DNA of 64,000 bases from Octopus vulgaris (GCA_951406725.2 OX597837.1:7440001-7504000); one strand, 5' to 3'. Shown: positions 13,346 to 28,162, counted from the first letter of the stretch. Program-made: numbers and translations. Notes: generated from the sequence alone by a model not told the origin.

Positions 13346-13928
13346 AAAAAAAAAAACAATAATAATAAAGGACGTTATTGTATACAGTTTTACAAACCAA
13401 AGACATTATATAGACCTCCTTGACTCAAGTTAGAGATGGGGTGCGTATCATACACATGGTTTAGGTTTTTCAGAGGTACAGCCCCCTAAAAATCCCCTGC
13501 GTATTATACTCAAGTGCGGACCATATTCGAGGATTTACGGTAAACATAAACACAGTGTGCTTCCACATAGCTTCCCGGGGCTATAACAGAAGACACTTGA
13601 TCGAGGTAATATAGCACAGTAAGAATGAACCCAGAACTCGGAGATTACAAAAGCTAGCTTGTTAACCACACAGCCACACAAACACATATAATTTGACCAT
13701 AGAAAAATATACCTTGACCAATTCCGTCCGACCCGTGAAAGCATGGAAACGTGAACATTATGATGATGATGATGATGATGATGATGTTTTGCATCACGAA
13801 ATAGTGAACGAGAAAATAAATCCAAACCTTTATAAATGTCGGCCGTATCATGATTTGATGCAGAATGGATCAGAGGAATAAACCGTTATTGAGGGATGAA
13901 TATGTGTATGTATGTATGTGTGTGTAGA

Positions 13929-13967
<39 letters not shown>

Positions 13968-14804
13968 CTTAGTGTGTGTGTAGATATATATATATATACA
14001 TATATATATATGTATAAAAGGATGAAGTTATGGCTCTCTCGGTAATCCAACAGACTCCCGCTAATAAACTTATATGAAAGAAGTTTTGTGGGGAAAGACA
14101 AAAAAAAAATGCACCAAAATCCAAACCAAAAGCACAAAAAAAAAACAAAGATAAAACAAACAAATTATCAAATGTTTTCTTTATTTGGAATCATAATACT
14201 CCCAGTAAAAACAAAAAAAAAACCAGAAAAAAAAACAGTTGATCAGCCCACCCCACCCCACCGATTCTGCCGAACTTGGTCCAATTGCAGGGTAGGGTAA
14301 GGGTATGATGGGGAGTGACTACAGTTTCCCATCCCGCCCCCCCGCCACTACTACCACCCATGAACACCAGCCATCCATCAGTGGAGACCCCTTCTCACAA
14401 CATACCATCCAATGATACCTTCCAGACCCGCCCCCTGCCCATCACACACACACATACACACACATAGTCTGACTTTCTCTCACATACACACACATACACA
14501 CAGAGTCTGACTTTCTCTCACATATACACACACATGCACACACACACACACACACACAGAGGGTCAGATTTTTCTCTCTCACATACACACGCAGAGTCAC
14601 ACTGTCTCTCACCCAAACATATATATATATATACACACACACACTTACACCCCTCTCACACACAGACGTAGGTTACCCAAATTACCCAAATTACATGGAC
14701 CCCCACCCCCTCACACACACATCATCATCATCTTGCACCAGAAAGCCAGCATCCACCCTTGGAGCAAAATTACTTACTGCCCACACTCAGCTCCTGATCT
14801 TCTA

Positions 14805-14858
<54 letters not shown>

Positions 14859-14989
14859 GCTTACACACAAGCACACATACATATGCAAACACATAGACAG
14901 ATGTACATGTGCCCATATACAGAGGTACACGCAATCACACAACAAATGCACATGTATATATGAACACAGACACACACATATATAGAAGT

Positions 14990-14994
14990 TCAAG

Positions 14995-15037
<43 letters not shown>

Positions 15038-15500
15038 ATTTATACACACACATACACATATATATATATATACATATTTATACACACACACACATATATA
15101 TATACATATTTATACACACACACACATATATATATACATATTTATACACACACATACACACACACATATATATACATATTTATACACACACACACACATA
15201 TATATACATATTTATACACACACATACACACATATATATATATATATACATATTTATACACACACATACACACATATATATATATATACATATTTATACA
15301 CACACACACATATATATACATATTTATACACACACACACACATATATATACATATTTATACACACACAAACACATATATATATACATATTTATACACACA
15401 CACACACATATATATACATATTTATACACACACATACACATATATATATATACATATTTATACACACACACACACATATATATACATATTTATACACACA
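14990..15500. repeat. Minisatellite of about 32-36 bp built from CA/TA
   Basis: Unit catatttata(ca)n(ta)n repeated many times. A separate 36-bp minisatellite lies at 52015-52190. Confidence 0.9.
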
Positions 15501-15802
15501 CAAACACACGTGTATTTGAACACAAACAAACATGTACACAAATACACACACGCATGAGTATGTGAACACACACACACACACCACCCAAGTATACATATAC
15601 ACAAAAACACATGCACGTGTATACAAACACATATATACACATCACGACCACCGCCCATCACCATGACCACCACCCATCACCACCCAAAATACTCCAAATT
15701 ATCAAATAATTAAGCCAGAATTTGTTAATCAATATAACCCACAATTATCCGTCATCAACCTCAGCATCAAGTGAGTGTATATAAGCATATGCCTGTGTGT
15801 TT

Positions 15803-15844
<42 letters not shown>

Positions 15845-16233
15845 TGTGTGTGTGTGTGTGTGTAGTAGAAATAACATGGTATGTATAAAACTAGGTTCCA
15901 GAAATTATATGCATGTGTGTGTATATAATTTATACTACTCATATACACATCAAATTATGTGTTTAAACATACTTAAGTTCATATGTATTTTAAGCATGTT
16001 TAAAAGGACATGGGTGTGTTTAAATATACATGGAATATATATATATTTATATATGGGTAGGTATTCATGTGTCTATACCCTTTGTATGTATATGTATACA
16101 TACATACTGACATATGCACACACACACACATATATGTATATACACTCATGTCTACATACGTATATGCACATGTATATATTTAAACACATGTGCATGTATG
16201 TATACATAATATATATATACAGACAGATAGATG

Positions 16234-16266
<33 letters not shown>

Positions 16267-16558
16267 CGGATGGATGGATAGATAGGCATATATATATATA
16301 GAGAGAGAGAGATTGATTGACACAAATATTTGTAGCACATACCTATACACACACACATACATACACACACACAACAGCAAGACTAACCACATTCAAAGAG
16401 TAAATAGTCATAAACTAAAACAGATGCAGAGATTGTCAAGTAACCTAGAACTTCTAAGTGGTTGCCTGGTTTGCTACAAGCTGCAATGCACCTATAGTTG
16501 AGCACTTGTGTATTACACCATAGCATCACCACAACTTCAAAAGCCAAAAAAAAAAAAT

Positions 16559-16637
16559 GCTCTGAAGATGCTCTAGGGTAATACACAAGTGCTCAACTAT
16601 GTGCACATTGCAGCTTGTAGCAGAAACAACTGTAAGC
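16559..16637 (+). ncRNA. Type I hammerhead ribozyme, long stem II
   Basis: GCU-CUGAAGA-UGCU...AGCA-GAAA-CAACUG-UA^AGC. Confidence 0.7.
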
Positions 16638-16694
16638 TAATGAAATTCACAACATAATTTCTTATTCTCTTGTCATTTTATTTTCTTATTTGAG

Positions 16695-16768
16695 GCTCTG
16701 ATGAAGCAATAAGGTGTTGGTGCTCAACTATGAGTGCATTGCATTTTATAGCAGGAACAGTTGGAAGC
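16695..16768 (+). ncRNA. Degenerate tandem copy of the preceding hammerhead
   Basis: GCU-CUGAUGA...GUGCUCAACUAUG...UAGCA-GGAA-CAGUUG-GA-AGC. GAAA and the cleavage triplet are mutated. Confidence 0.5.
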
Positions 16769-17576
16769 TAATAAAGCTCATAAAATAATCTTCTATTCTG
16801 TTGTCATCACATTTTCTTTCTTCAGACAGGCTTCCGCACAGGTTCTGTCAACCAAATTCACTCACAAGGTATTGGTTGGCCAAGGGCTTTAGTAGAAGAC
16901 ACCCACAGTGCCACAGAGTGGGACTGAACTCAAAGCCAGGCAGTTGTATAGCAAGGTTCTTAACCACTTAGCCATGCCTCCATTTAAAAAAAAAAAAAAG
17001 GCACAAGGCGTAGGAGTGGCTGTGTGGTTAGTAGCTTGCTTACCAACCACATGGTTCCGGGTTCAGTCCCACTGTGTGGCATCTTGGGCAAATGTCTTCT
17101 ACTATAGCCTCGGGCTGACCAAAGCCTTGCGAGTGGATTCGGTAGACGGAAACTGAAAGAAGCCCACTGTATATATGTGTATATATACAACAACTGATGT
17201 TGGTGTGTTTACATCCCGCTAACTTAACAGTTCGGCAAAAGAGACCAAAAGAATAAGTACTAGGCTTACAAAGAATAAGTACTGGGGTCGATTTGCCCGA
17301 CTAAAGGCCGTGCTCCAGCATGGCCACACTCAAATGACTGAAACAAGTAATAGAGTAAAAGAGTAGCTATTGTGGTCTTAGATATAGCTTTTATCAGAGG
17401 ATGGTCACATTTGGAATGCCTTTGATCATGTTAGGTCTGTTAGAACAGGATTGGCCTGGGGTTAAACAACATTAATTACCACCACCAGCTTTACCCCCAT
17501 CACTGGACCAATTTTCGCAAGTAGACTGATGTGTCATGGAAATGTCAGTTATAATTACTGGTATGGCCTACTGTAG

Positions 17577-17614
<38 letters not shown>

Positions 17615-17782
17615 TCCATACATGCACACACACACACACATACATACCTTATATACACATACATATACATCTTACATACACACATACCATACGCACACGC
17701 AACATACTTTATACACACACACACACATACGCACACGCAACATACTTTATACACACACACACACACACACGCAACATACTTT

Positions 17783-17819
<37 letters not shown>

Positions 17820-18436
17820 CACATCTTACATACACACCATACACACAACATACATACCTTATATACATATTCCTCTTACACACACACACATCTTACATAC
17901 ACACACATACATACCATACGCACACACACACACATCTTACATACACACAACATACATACCTTATACACATATACATCATACATACACCATACATATATAC
18001 ATACACACACCATAACATACATACACATTGGGGGGGACACATACTGTATACACACACACACATCTACAATGCTCCATACACATACCATACCATACACACC
18101 AAGCACATACACATATACACACACCATACACACACATCATACAACATTCACACACACACAAATCAAAGGCACTTGCTTAAAGTCTCCACCCACACCATCT
18201 GTTTCCCATCCACCCCACACAAACACCCTCACCCCCACAACCACCACTTCCCCTCCTCCCTTTACTCTCACCATCACATCCTCCCTCTGGTTGCCATGCC
18301 AACATCATCTTTTCTCTTGTTTTTTTTTTTGTATCTTCTCTTTCTTCCTTTCTTTCTTCACCTCCCCCCTCCCCGCCGCCTTCTGCTTCTGATCCTCTCC
18401 TTCCCCACCCCAACCTTCATGTTATTGTGGTTAACA

Positions 18437-18467
<31 letters not shown>

Positions 18468-18899
18468 TGATAATGATGATGGTGATGATGAGGAGGAGGA
18501 GGAGCATGAGAACAGTGGTGATTGTGATGACGATGACAATAGTGATGATGATGATGAGGATGAGGAGAGCAGAGTTGATGATGATGATGATGATGCTGCT
18601 GATGTTTATGGTGGTGGGGATGGTTACAATGGAAATGAGAGACTGATAATGTTGATTTGATGGAATGGACATTTCGAACTATTCAAGCATTTTTATGCAT
18701 AAAATGTAAAAAGGAAAAAAAGGAAGAAAGCTGCCTCACCCCACAAACCCCTCAGGAAAAAAAAATACAGAGATAAACAGAGAGAGAGAGAAAGACAAAA
18801 AGAGGAGAGAGAGAGAGAGAGAAACAGATAGAGATATGAAAACAGAGAGAGAGGGTGAGAGAAAGTTACTGTTTGTAATTCCTTCGGCTATACCTAATT

Positions 18900-19648
18900 C
18901 TTTACTACCCACAAGGGGCTAAACATAGAGGGGACAAACAAGGACAGACAAACGGATTAAGTCGATTATATCGACCCCAGAGCGTAACTGGTACTTATTT
19001 AATCGACCCCCGAAAGGGTGAAAGGCAAAGTCGACCTAGGCGAAATTTGAACTCTGAACGTAAGATGGACGAAATACCTATTTCTTTACTACCCACAAGG
19101 GGCTAAACACAGAGGGGACAAACAAGGACAGACAAAGGATTAAGTCGATTATATCGAGCCCAGTGTGTAACTGGTACTTATCTAATCGACCCCGAAAGGA
19201 TGAAAGGCACTCAGAACGTAGCGGCTGACAAAATACCTATTTCTTTACTACCCACAAGGGCTAAACACAGAGAGGACAAACAAGGACAGACAAACGGATT
19301 GTCAGTCATATCGACCCCAGTGCGTAACTGGAACCTATTTAATCGACCCGAAAGGGTGAAGGCAAAGTCGACCAAGGCGGAATTTGAACTCTGAACGTAA
19401 GATGGACGAAATACCTAATTCTTTATTATCCACAAGGGGCTAAACATAGAGAGGACAAACAAGGACAGACAAACGGATTAAGTCGATTAAATCGACCCCA
19501 GTGCATAACTGGTATTTGTTTAATCGACCCCGAAAGGGTGAAAGGCAAAGTCGACCTCGGCGGAATTTGAACTCTGAACGTAGTGGCAGACGAAATATAG
19601 CTACGCATTTTGCCCGGCGTGCTAACGTTTCTGCCAGCTCGCTGCCTT
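18900..19648 (-). mobile_element. SINE family B head-to-tail tetramer
   Basis: Four units with the same junction type. Confidence 0.9.
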
Positions 19649-20246
19649 AGTTGTACTCAGCCAGGGTCCATATAATATTTTTGGGGTTCTACAAAAATAT
19701 ATAGTAAATTGGAGATCCACAACAGTAATTTAAGGGCCCCTGAAAAATTTTGCTTTATACGACCAGAATGAAATAATAATTCAAGATCCAAAGATAGAAA
19801 ATGGTTGAGAACTCCTGCTTTGGATGTATATACTCTTTAACTCTTTTACTTGTTTCAGTCTTTTGACTGTGGCCATGCTGGAGCACTGCCTTTAGTCAAA
19901 GAAATCGACCCCCAGGACTTATTCTTTGTAAGCCTAGTACTTAGTCTATCGGTCTCTTTTGCCAATCTGCTAAGTTACGGGGATATAAACACACCAGCAT
20001 CGGTTGTCAAGCGATGTTGTGGGGACAAACACACACATATATATACATATATATGATGGGCTTCTTTCAGTTTCTGTCTACCAAATCCACTCACAAGACT
20101 TTAGTGGTAAGTAGCTTGCTTACCAACCACATGGTTCCGGGTTCAGTCCCACTGTGTGGCACCTTAGGCAAGTCTCTTCTACTATGGCCTCGGGCTGACC
20201 AAATCCTTGTCAGTGGATTTGGTAGACGGAAACTGAAAGAAGCCCG

Positions 20247-20287
<41 letters not shown>

Positions 20288-20681
20288 GCAGGAGTGGCTG
20301 TGAGCGGTTCGGCAAAAGAGACCGATAGAACAAGTACTGGGCTTACAAAGAATAAGTCCCGGGGTCGATTTGGTCGACTAAAGGCGGTGCTCCAGCATGG
20401 CTGCAGTCAAATGACTGAAACAAGTAAAAGAGTAAAAGAGAGTAAAGAGTATATGTATGTGCTTGTGTGACTGTGTTTGTCCCACCCCAACAGCGCTTGA
20501 CAACCGATGCTGGTGTGTTTGCGTCCCCGTAACTTAGCGGTTTGGCAAAAGAGACCGATTGAATCAGTACTAGGCTTACAAAGAATAAGTCCTGGGGTCG
20601 ATTTGCTCGACTAAAGGCGGTGCTCCAGCATGGCCACAGTGCCAAATGGCTGAAATAAGTAAAAGAGTAAAAGAATATATA

Positions 20682-20727
<46 letters not shown>

Positions 20728-21530
20728 CACACACATCCTCACATACATACATTATACACACACCTCTAGATACACACACACACACACATGAATGAGTCAA
20801 CAGATTCCTGTTTTGACCAAAATGTTAGAAAGAGGGAAGGGATGCGGGGAGGAGAGAGAGGTGGGGAGGGATGGTCACAGAAGGAAGGTTGGATGGTGGA
20901 AAGGGGTGGCTCCATGGGTGTGTAGAGGGACAAAGGATCAAGTAGGGAGTTGATACTTGAATGTAAGTTGACATTCAGTTTACAAATGTCAACTAGAGGA
21001 GGGGTGGTCATGACAAGGGTAGGAGTGGCTTCGGTGATGGCGGTGGTAGTGGTGATGGTTCTGGTAACAGTAGTGTTTGTGGTGGTGGTGGTAGTAGTGG
21101 TGGTGGTGGTGGTGGTATTGGCTGTAGTGGTAGCAGTGGTGGTGATGATGGAAGGGTTGATGATGCTGGTATGTGATGGTACATGTTGTAGTAGTTAGAG
21201 TGGTGTGATGCTGGGGATAGTAGTGGTGAGAGTAGAAATGGAAGTGGTAGTAGCAATGAACTTTTACACACACACACACACACACACACATAATGGACAA
21301 AGGGGAGGGGAGATCCATTTTGTAGTCATTCAGCTTGCTAAAAATAGCAGTCACATCTCACCTAAGCCCTTCATAAAAACAAGAGGGGAAGACATTGGAT
21401 CGTGTACTCTTAGATAGACTGTGTTCAAAAACACCAAAAAAGAATAGAAATATTATCAGGCTAGTCATATCTAGAATGACTTTGATCATTGATCCCTTGG
21501 GTCAGGACTGACCGAGGGCTAAACAACACC

Positions 21531-21571
<41 letters not shown>

Positions 21572-22445
21572 CTAAAGATTAATCAAAAAGATCAAGAATC
21601 TATCAATGAATTAAAGATGTGTGTATCAATACAAGAAATGGTGCCTTGGTGCATTATCAATAACAAGATGGTTCCGGGTTCAATCCCACTGCATGGCACC
21701 TTGGGTAATTGTCTTCTACTATAGCTTCGAGCTGACCAAAGCCTTATGGGTGATTCTGGTAGATCAAAACTGAAAGAAGCCTGTTGTATATACATATGTG
21801 TGTGTGTATGTGTTTATCCTCCATCGATGCTTAATAAATGGTGTTGGTTTATTTACATCCCCACAATTTATTGGTGCTGTAAAAAGAATCTTGAAACAAA
21901 AATTAAGTACAGGGGTTGATTCACTCGACTAAAAGTTCTCCAAGGCAGTGCCCCAGCATGGTCACGGTCTAATGATTGAAACTAGTAAAAAATCAAAGAT
22001 ATTTATGAATACTGTTAGAAATAGCAGCCAGCTCACATCCTGTTTATTGAAACATTGAAGGACACATATCAGGTTTGTATGTATGTATGTATGTTTATCT
22101 TCATCATTGTTTTAAATTCCACTTATCTATGCTTGCATGGATTAGATTTTCTACAGCTGGGATGCCTTTCCTGTTGTTAACTCTCACTTGTTTCCTAGTA
22201 ACATATTACTACCCTATGACTAGATGTTTTCGTGGAAATGTGGAAGTGAATCATATTGCTTGTATAACAGTGATGATAGTCATTTACAACTATCAGATGA
22301 ATCCAAGACAAGGAAACACAAAACAAATATCCATATACACATACTCAATGGATTCCTTTCAGTTTCCATCAATCAAATTCACTCAAAAGGCTTTAGTTGA
22401 CCTGGGGCTATAGTAGATGACACCCTGCTTCTTTCCTTTTTTGTC

Positions 22446-22534
22446 AAATACTGATGAAGTACAGCGAGATTATATAATTTCACCAAACAATTGCGTAATC
22501 TTGTCAGTCAGTTTACTGAAACACATGTATACTT
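22446..22534 (+). ncRNA. Type I hammerhead ribozyme, long stem II
   Basis: AAAUA-CUGAUGA-AGUA...(GAGAUUAU/GUAAUCUU)...UACU-GAAA-CACAUG-UA^UACUU. Stem I is imperfect. Confidence 0.65.
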
Positions 22535-23029
22535 TCTAAAGGTTGAAACACCAAATGTGCTTTTTTGTGCATTAGTCATACTATTATATGGTTTTTATTC
22601 TGCAAATTTGCTTATTTGGTAATTTGATGCCCTGCATATATCAACACTGGATAGAGGAGTGGAATGTGGAATATACAACCAAACCCTAATTTTTGTTTGT
22701 GCATCACACCTTGCAGCAAATATCTATATCATTATCATCATTATTTAATGTTTGTTTCCTATGCTGGCACGATTTGGACAGCTTTACAAGCGTTTGCAAA
22801 CCAGAGGATTCTGCCAAGCTCTACTATATAAGTTTAGAGGGATATATTATCTGGGCGGATATTGCAGTGGCTCTCAGTTATGTTTCAGGTTACAGCTAAC
22901 CACAGCAGTTAGTATTTAAGGCTGTAACAACCATAAAAATATGCTGCTACATGAAATTGTAAAGAAGAAATAAATTTTGAGGATCAACAGGTTTCCATGT
23001 TCTATCTCATTATAATTACAGTTTTTGTA

Positions 23030-23495
23030 TCATCATCATTGTTTAACGTCCGCTTTCCATGCTAGCATGGGTTGGACGGTTCAACTGGGGTCTGGCAAGC
23101 CCGAAGGCTGCACCAGGCCAGTCAGATCTGGCAGTGTTTCTACAGCTGGATGCCCTTCCTAACGCCAACCACTCCGAGAGTGTAGTGGGTGATTTTATGT
23201 GACACCGACACAGGTGCCAGACGAGGCTGGCAGACGGTCACGCTCGGATGGTGTTTTTTATGTGCCACCGATACAGGTGCCAGACGAGGCTGGCAGACGG
23301 TCACGCTCGGATGGTGTTTTTTATGTGCCACCGACACAGGTGCCAGACGAGGCTGGCAGACGGCCATGCTCGGATGGTGTTTTCGGTGTTTTCTTATGTG
23401 CCACCACACAGGTGCCAGACGAGGCTGGCGAACGGCTACAATCAGATGGTGTTTGTTACGTGCCCACAGCACGGAGGCCAGTCAATGCGGTACAG
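23030..23495 (-). mobile_element. Retroposon family C with (GAT)n tail and internal 62-63-bp tandem repeats
   Basis: GGCGTTAGGAAGGGCATCCAGCTGTAGAAAC...GTTAAACGATGAT tail. Copies also at 2206-2485, 7922-8075, 12200-12485, 25441-25612, 28192-28357, 31460-31695, 59478-59660 and 62840-63540. Confidence 0.85.
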
Positions 23496-24555
23496 GCATA
23501 AGAGTGGCTGTGTGGTAAGTAGCTTGCTTAAGAACTACATGGTTCCGGGTTCAGTCCCACTGCATGGCACCTTGGGCAAGTGTCTCCTACTATAGCCTCA
23601 GGCCAACCAAAGCCTTGTTAGTGGATTTGGTAGACAGAAACTGAAAGAAGCCCGTTGTAAGTATATATGTATGTGTGTGTGTATATATGTTTGTGTGTCT
23701 GTGTTTGTCCCCCCCAACATCACTTGACAACCGATGCTGGTGTGTTTACGTTCCTGTAACTTAGTGGTTTGGCAAAAGGGACCGATAGAATAAGTAGTCG
23801 GCTTACAAAGAATAAGTCCTGGGGTCGATGTGCTCGACTAAAGGCAGTGCTCCAGTATGGCCACAGACAATTGACTGAAAGAAGTAAAAGAGTAAAGAGA
23901 GTAAAAGAGTATATAGATAGATATAGACTTACTAGGGTATATAATACCATTTGCTAAAATCATAGACTGTGGCCATGCTGGAGCACCACCTTTAGTCAAA
24001 ACAAATTGACCTCAGGACTTATTCTTTGTAAGCCTAGTACTTATTCTATCGGTCTCTTTAGCTAAGTTACAGTGGACGTAAACACACCAACATCGGTTGT
24101 CAAGCAATGGGAGGGGACAGACACAGACACACAAACATACACACACACACAGACACACACACATATATATAAATATTTATACGACGGGCTTCTTTCAGTT
24201 TCTGTCTACCAAATCCACTCACAAGGCTTTGGTCGGCCTGAGGCTATAGTAGGAGACACTTGCCCAAGGTGTATATATATGTATATATATATATATACAC
24301 ACAGACACAGACACTGGTATGTATATATAAGTAAAGGTTTTCCTTTCAAATAAGTTATACAGAGAAGACACAATTATGTTCAAGTTAAAACTTTTTTATT
24401 CAGGTGTTTTTTGGGGTTTTTTTTAGAATATATTTCCTTATTGGTTTTTCTTGTTTAGTTTTGGAACAAAGTTCCTGGAGTTCTTTAGCATTTCAAGACC
24501 TTCCTGGACTCATCTTCAAATTGATGTAATAATAGTTGGGCATGGTGTAACCATA

Positions 24556-24943
24556 TCTCTTCTCTCTATATATAAACGGCAGTTTGTCTGTGTGTGTTTC
24601 TGTGTGTCTGTTTGCTTGTACCCTCACCCTGACCACGGCTTTCAACCGATTCTGATGAAACTTGACACACACATAGCCCAATGTCATAATTCAAAACTAA
24701 CGCAGCGGAAATTTTGAAAATTTCCCCCAGATCTGAAAAAAATCGATAAATTCGACATGGGGTCGAGAATCAGAAACACAAACCACAAACTGTCTAGGGG
24801 ACGCAACTCCACCTTTTTTAACTAAAAAAAAAATTTACCATCATTTTTTTCCATTTTTTTGCTATTTTTTGGCTATAACTCTCTAAAAATGCTTTATAGT
24901 TATTTCCCTTACAAACCTGAGCAACGCCGGGCGATACTGCTAG
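24556..24943 (+). mobile_element. Non-autonomous Helitron
   Basis: A|TC start, subterminal hairpin cctgagcaacgccggg, CTAG|T end. Confidence 0.8.
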
Positions 24944-25179
24944 TTTGATTATAAAAGGTCTGACCATTTAGTTTCAGGACTCTTGATGTAGCAACAGAGC
25001 TGAAGTGCACAGGGTGAAGCTGTTTGGTCCAGACTGACCTTGAACTCTGACCTTGAACTCTGTCGCACATGCTCACCAAGTTATAATGTTCTCTCTTGCT
25101 TCTGTTGTTTATAACAGTGCTTGGCCGTGAAGTATGTAGAGTGTGGTCATCTCGAAAAGAAGATTGGGCTTCAGCTGTG

Positions 25180-25295
25180 CAGAATCTCTTTGATTGTTTT
25201 AAGGGAGACAAAAACGTTTGGGAAACAGTCATAACAGGAGACGAATCATGGGTCTATGGCTATGACCCCAAAACAAAGGCTCAGACCTCACAAGA
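25180..25295 (+). mobile_element. Mariner transposase fragment
   Basis: VITGDESWVYGYDPKTKAQTSQ matches the first catalytic-Asp motif of mariner transposases. Confidence 0.85.
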
Positions 25296-25799
25296 TTTCA
25301 AGATTAGAAAATTACTATTCTTAAATCTCGCAACAAGAGATATTCAGCAATAGTACTTTGTAGTAAAGATTTTTTTTGCCAACATAACATGGTAGTCCTG
25401 GTTTAGGATGAATGTTGCTGTAATTTAGCCCCCAGGAGACATCATCATCATCATTTAACGTCCGCTTTCCATACTAGCATGGGTTGGACGATTTGACTGA
25501 GGTCTGGTGAACCAGACTCCAATCTGATCTGGCAGAGTTTCTACAGCTGGATGCCCTTCCTAACGCCAACCACTCCGAGAGTGTAGTGGGTGCTTTTACA
25601 TGCCACCGGCACTCGAAAATGTATGGACACAGATCATGTTGTATAGCCAGCTGGAGACGATGTCTCCCGGGGCTAAATTACAGCAACATTCATCCTAGAC
25701 CGGGATTGCCATGTTATGCTAGCAAACAATCTTTACTACAAGATTTCAAGATGTCAAAGAAATCCAAGAAAATGTGATGAGGCAATCCCAAAACAAGAG

Positions 25800-26347
25800 T
25801 TCCAAGTATTCTTCCATCAATGGCAATGATGCTGAATAAAATGTGTAGTTTCAAAAGGGGACATGCATAAGATTTGGTCATCAAATCTAAGTAGAGATTT
25901 CAAACTTGAAATCTTCAAAGCCACAGTCGAACCAATTCTACTACATGGCTCAGAAACCTGGACGTTATCAAAGAAGCTTGAGCGGCAGTTGGATGGAACC
26001 TACACTCGCCTCCTTATGAGAGCTCAAAATCTCTCGTGGAAGCGTCATCCAACCAAAATGCAAATATATGGGAAACTACCACCTGTGTCATCTCTTGTGA
26101 AAGGTAGGAGAGACCAGTTTGCTGGACATTGTTGTAGAGCTGAAAACGAGGCAATTTTTACTCTTCTCCTCTGGAAGCCATCTACTCGCAATACCAGAGG
26201 GAGCACACTCTCCTACCCTGATGTAATCTCCAGGGATACAGGCATCCAGCAACAGGACCTCTGTAATGCCATGATGGACTGTGAAGTCTGGCATAGCATG
26301 GTAAATTCCATTGTCTCGACCATGGTCGAACAATGATGATGATGATG
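25800..26347 (+). mobile_element. RTE-clade LINE 3' fragment
   Basis: ORF 25863-26336 with VEPILLHGSETWTL and QFAGHCCR; ends in (GAT)n. Confidence 0.9.
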
Positions 26348-26509
26348 AGGGGACTCCTTTGAAGGAAATTAAATGCCAAATTGATGTGTGTTGTGGTTTA
26401 CTCTTTATAGCACCAATCCAGGTCCTTTTTGATCAGACTTCATAGCTTTGATGGATCAGAAAAAGGAATTTGTGACTGAAAAATTCATTACAGCCAGATT
26501 TTAAAATGG

Positions 26510-27250
26510 TTAACGTTTTTAATATCAATCCGCTTGAGACCACCCACGGTTGTATGATACAATTTTTGTTCTTTAAAATTTTCTAAATCAACCCTTTTGA
26601 TACCAATCTGCTTGAGATCACCCTTGCTCTTATGCTATAAACTTCCTGTTTTAAAGAGACTTAAATTAAAACTTCCCATCAAAACCTCAAGTTAATTTAT
26701 CTCCCAAACAACAGCTTAATAACGATGAAGTTATTTTGCTAAATTCTTCCTTTGTTTCAGAATAGTTTTGAAAATAATGAAGTGTATTCCAACGAAAATT
26801 TAGCAACAAAAGGGTTAAAATCTTCCATCAAAATATCGTGTTATTTTATGTTCCAAATACAAGATTAATAATGAGAAAGTAATTTTACTAAATTCTTCGT
26901 TATTTTTCAAAATAAACTGAAACAAAGGTAAAGTGTATTTCAAGAGAAATATTGGCAACAAATACGTTAACCTTTCATTATTCCACTCGTGCTATGTTTA
27001 GATATGATTTTTGGTTTGTATTTCTCTGGTAACCCTTTTGTTAACATATTTCTGTTGAAATACACAGCCTTTGTTCCAATTAACTTCGAAAATAATGAAG
27101 AATTTAGTTAATTCTTTGTTGTTATTTCGTTGCTGTTTAGAATACAGACCAACATAGAATTTCAATGGAAGATCTTAGTTTAAATCACTTTAAAATGTGG
27201 AATTTCTATCACTTAACTAGGAACAATTTCAAATGAGATGATTTCAAAAG
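26510..27250. mobile_element. Cluster of piggyBac-like MITE copies; relatives at 8435-8655 and 45330-45540
   Basis: Repeated AACCCTTTTG...AAAGGGTTAA termini and shared internal sequence in both orientations. Confidence 0.65.
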
Positions 27251-27951
27251 GATTTATAATTCAGCTAAAGGTAAGCTTTATTTTTTTCCCTGAGGAATCT
27301 CTATGGAATGGTAGTGCTATAAACTAATGTATCTATCAATATGATTTTGTTTCATTTTCCAGTTTATATACAGCAATAACTTCTTGCTGTAAAGGCAAGG
27401 TCATGTAAGTGCTGTATTTGTTTATCCAGTGTAACAGTTACAGTCGTGAAGTTTACGATTTTCACAATTACACTGAAATTCATACAGAACAGAAGTGGTC
27501 CAACATACATTCAGTGCCTCATAAATCTGTGGTTTAAATGTCATTTTTCTTATTTTACCTTTACCTTTAATCGTTTCAGGGTCGATCCAATCAACTTACT
27601 CTGTCCCCATTCAAACTTGCTGGCCTTGTGCCAAAATTTGAAACCATCATCAACTATGAATGTCCTTTGGGTATGGTTTGTTGCTCTTTGAATTTGCTTC
27701 TATATATATGGATGGGTCTGCATCACCAGCAATCAGAAAATGGCTGAGACATCAGACTTTGATAAGTAGCAGCGAAGATTTTGTCATTTCATTGAGTCAG
27801 ATAATATTTTCGGTAAACTGGAGAAAGCATTAAGTCTTTGACTGTTGGCACTTAAGACCAAAGAGGAAGGGGAGGACGATGACACCAATAATGGTCAGCA
27901 TCATAGAGACTAGGAAACATGACAAATTATTCATCATTTTGTGCACATACA

Positions 27952-28020
<69 letters not shown>

Positions 28021-28115
28021 GTATAACTATCTATATGTGTGTGTGCATATATATGTATAACTATATGTGTGTGTGTGTGTATATATATATGTATATGTAT
28101 AACTATATGTGTATG

Positions 28116-28162
<47 letters not shown>

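Noticed and set aside
14771-14806. Strong minus-strand donor GCA|GTAAGT
   Set aside because: No pyrimidine-tract acceptor or start codon upstream, only (GT)n.
16383-16586. ORF starting MYYP, resembling the fly Rbfox1 start
   Set aside because: The start codon is GTG, no donor follows, and it is the antisense of a hammerhead stem II.
23195-23470. CRISPR-like array
   Set aside because: Contiguous tandem units with no unique spacers, in a eukaryotic context.
24652-24662. CTGATGAAA as a hammerhead
   Set aside because: No stem II or stem I; part of a Helitron interior.
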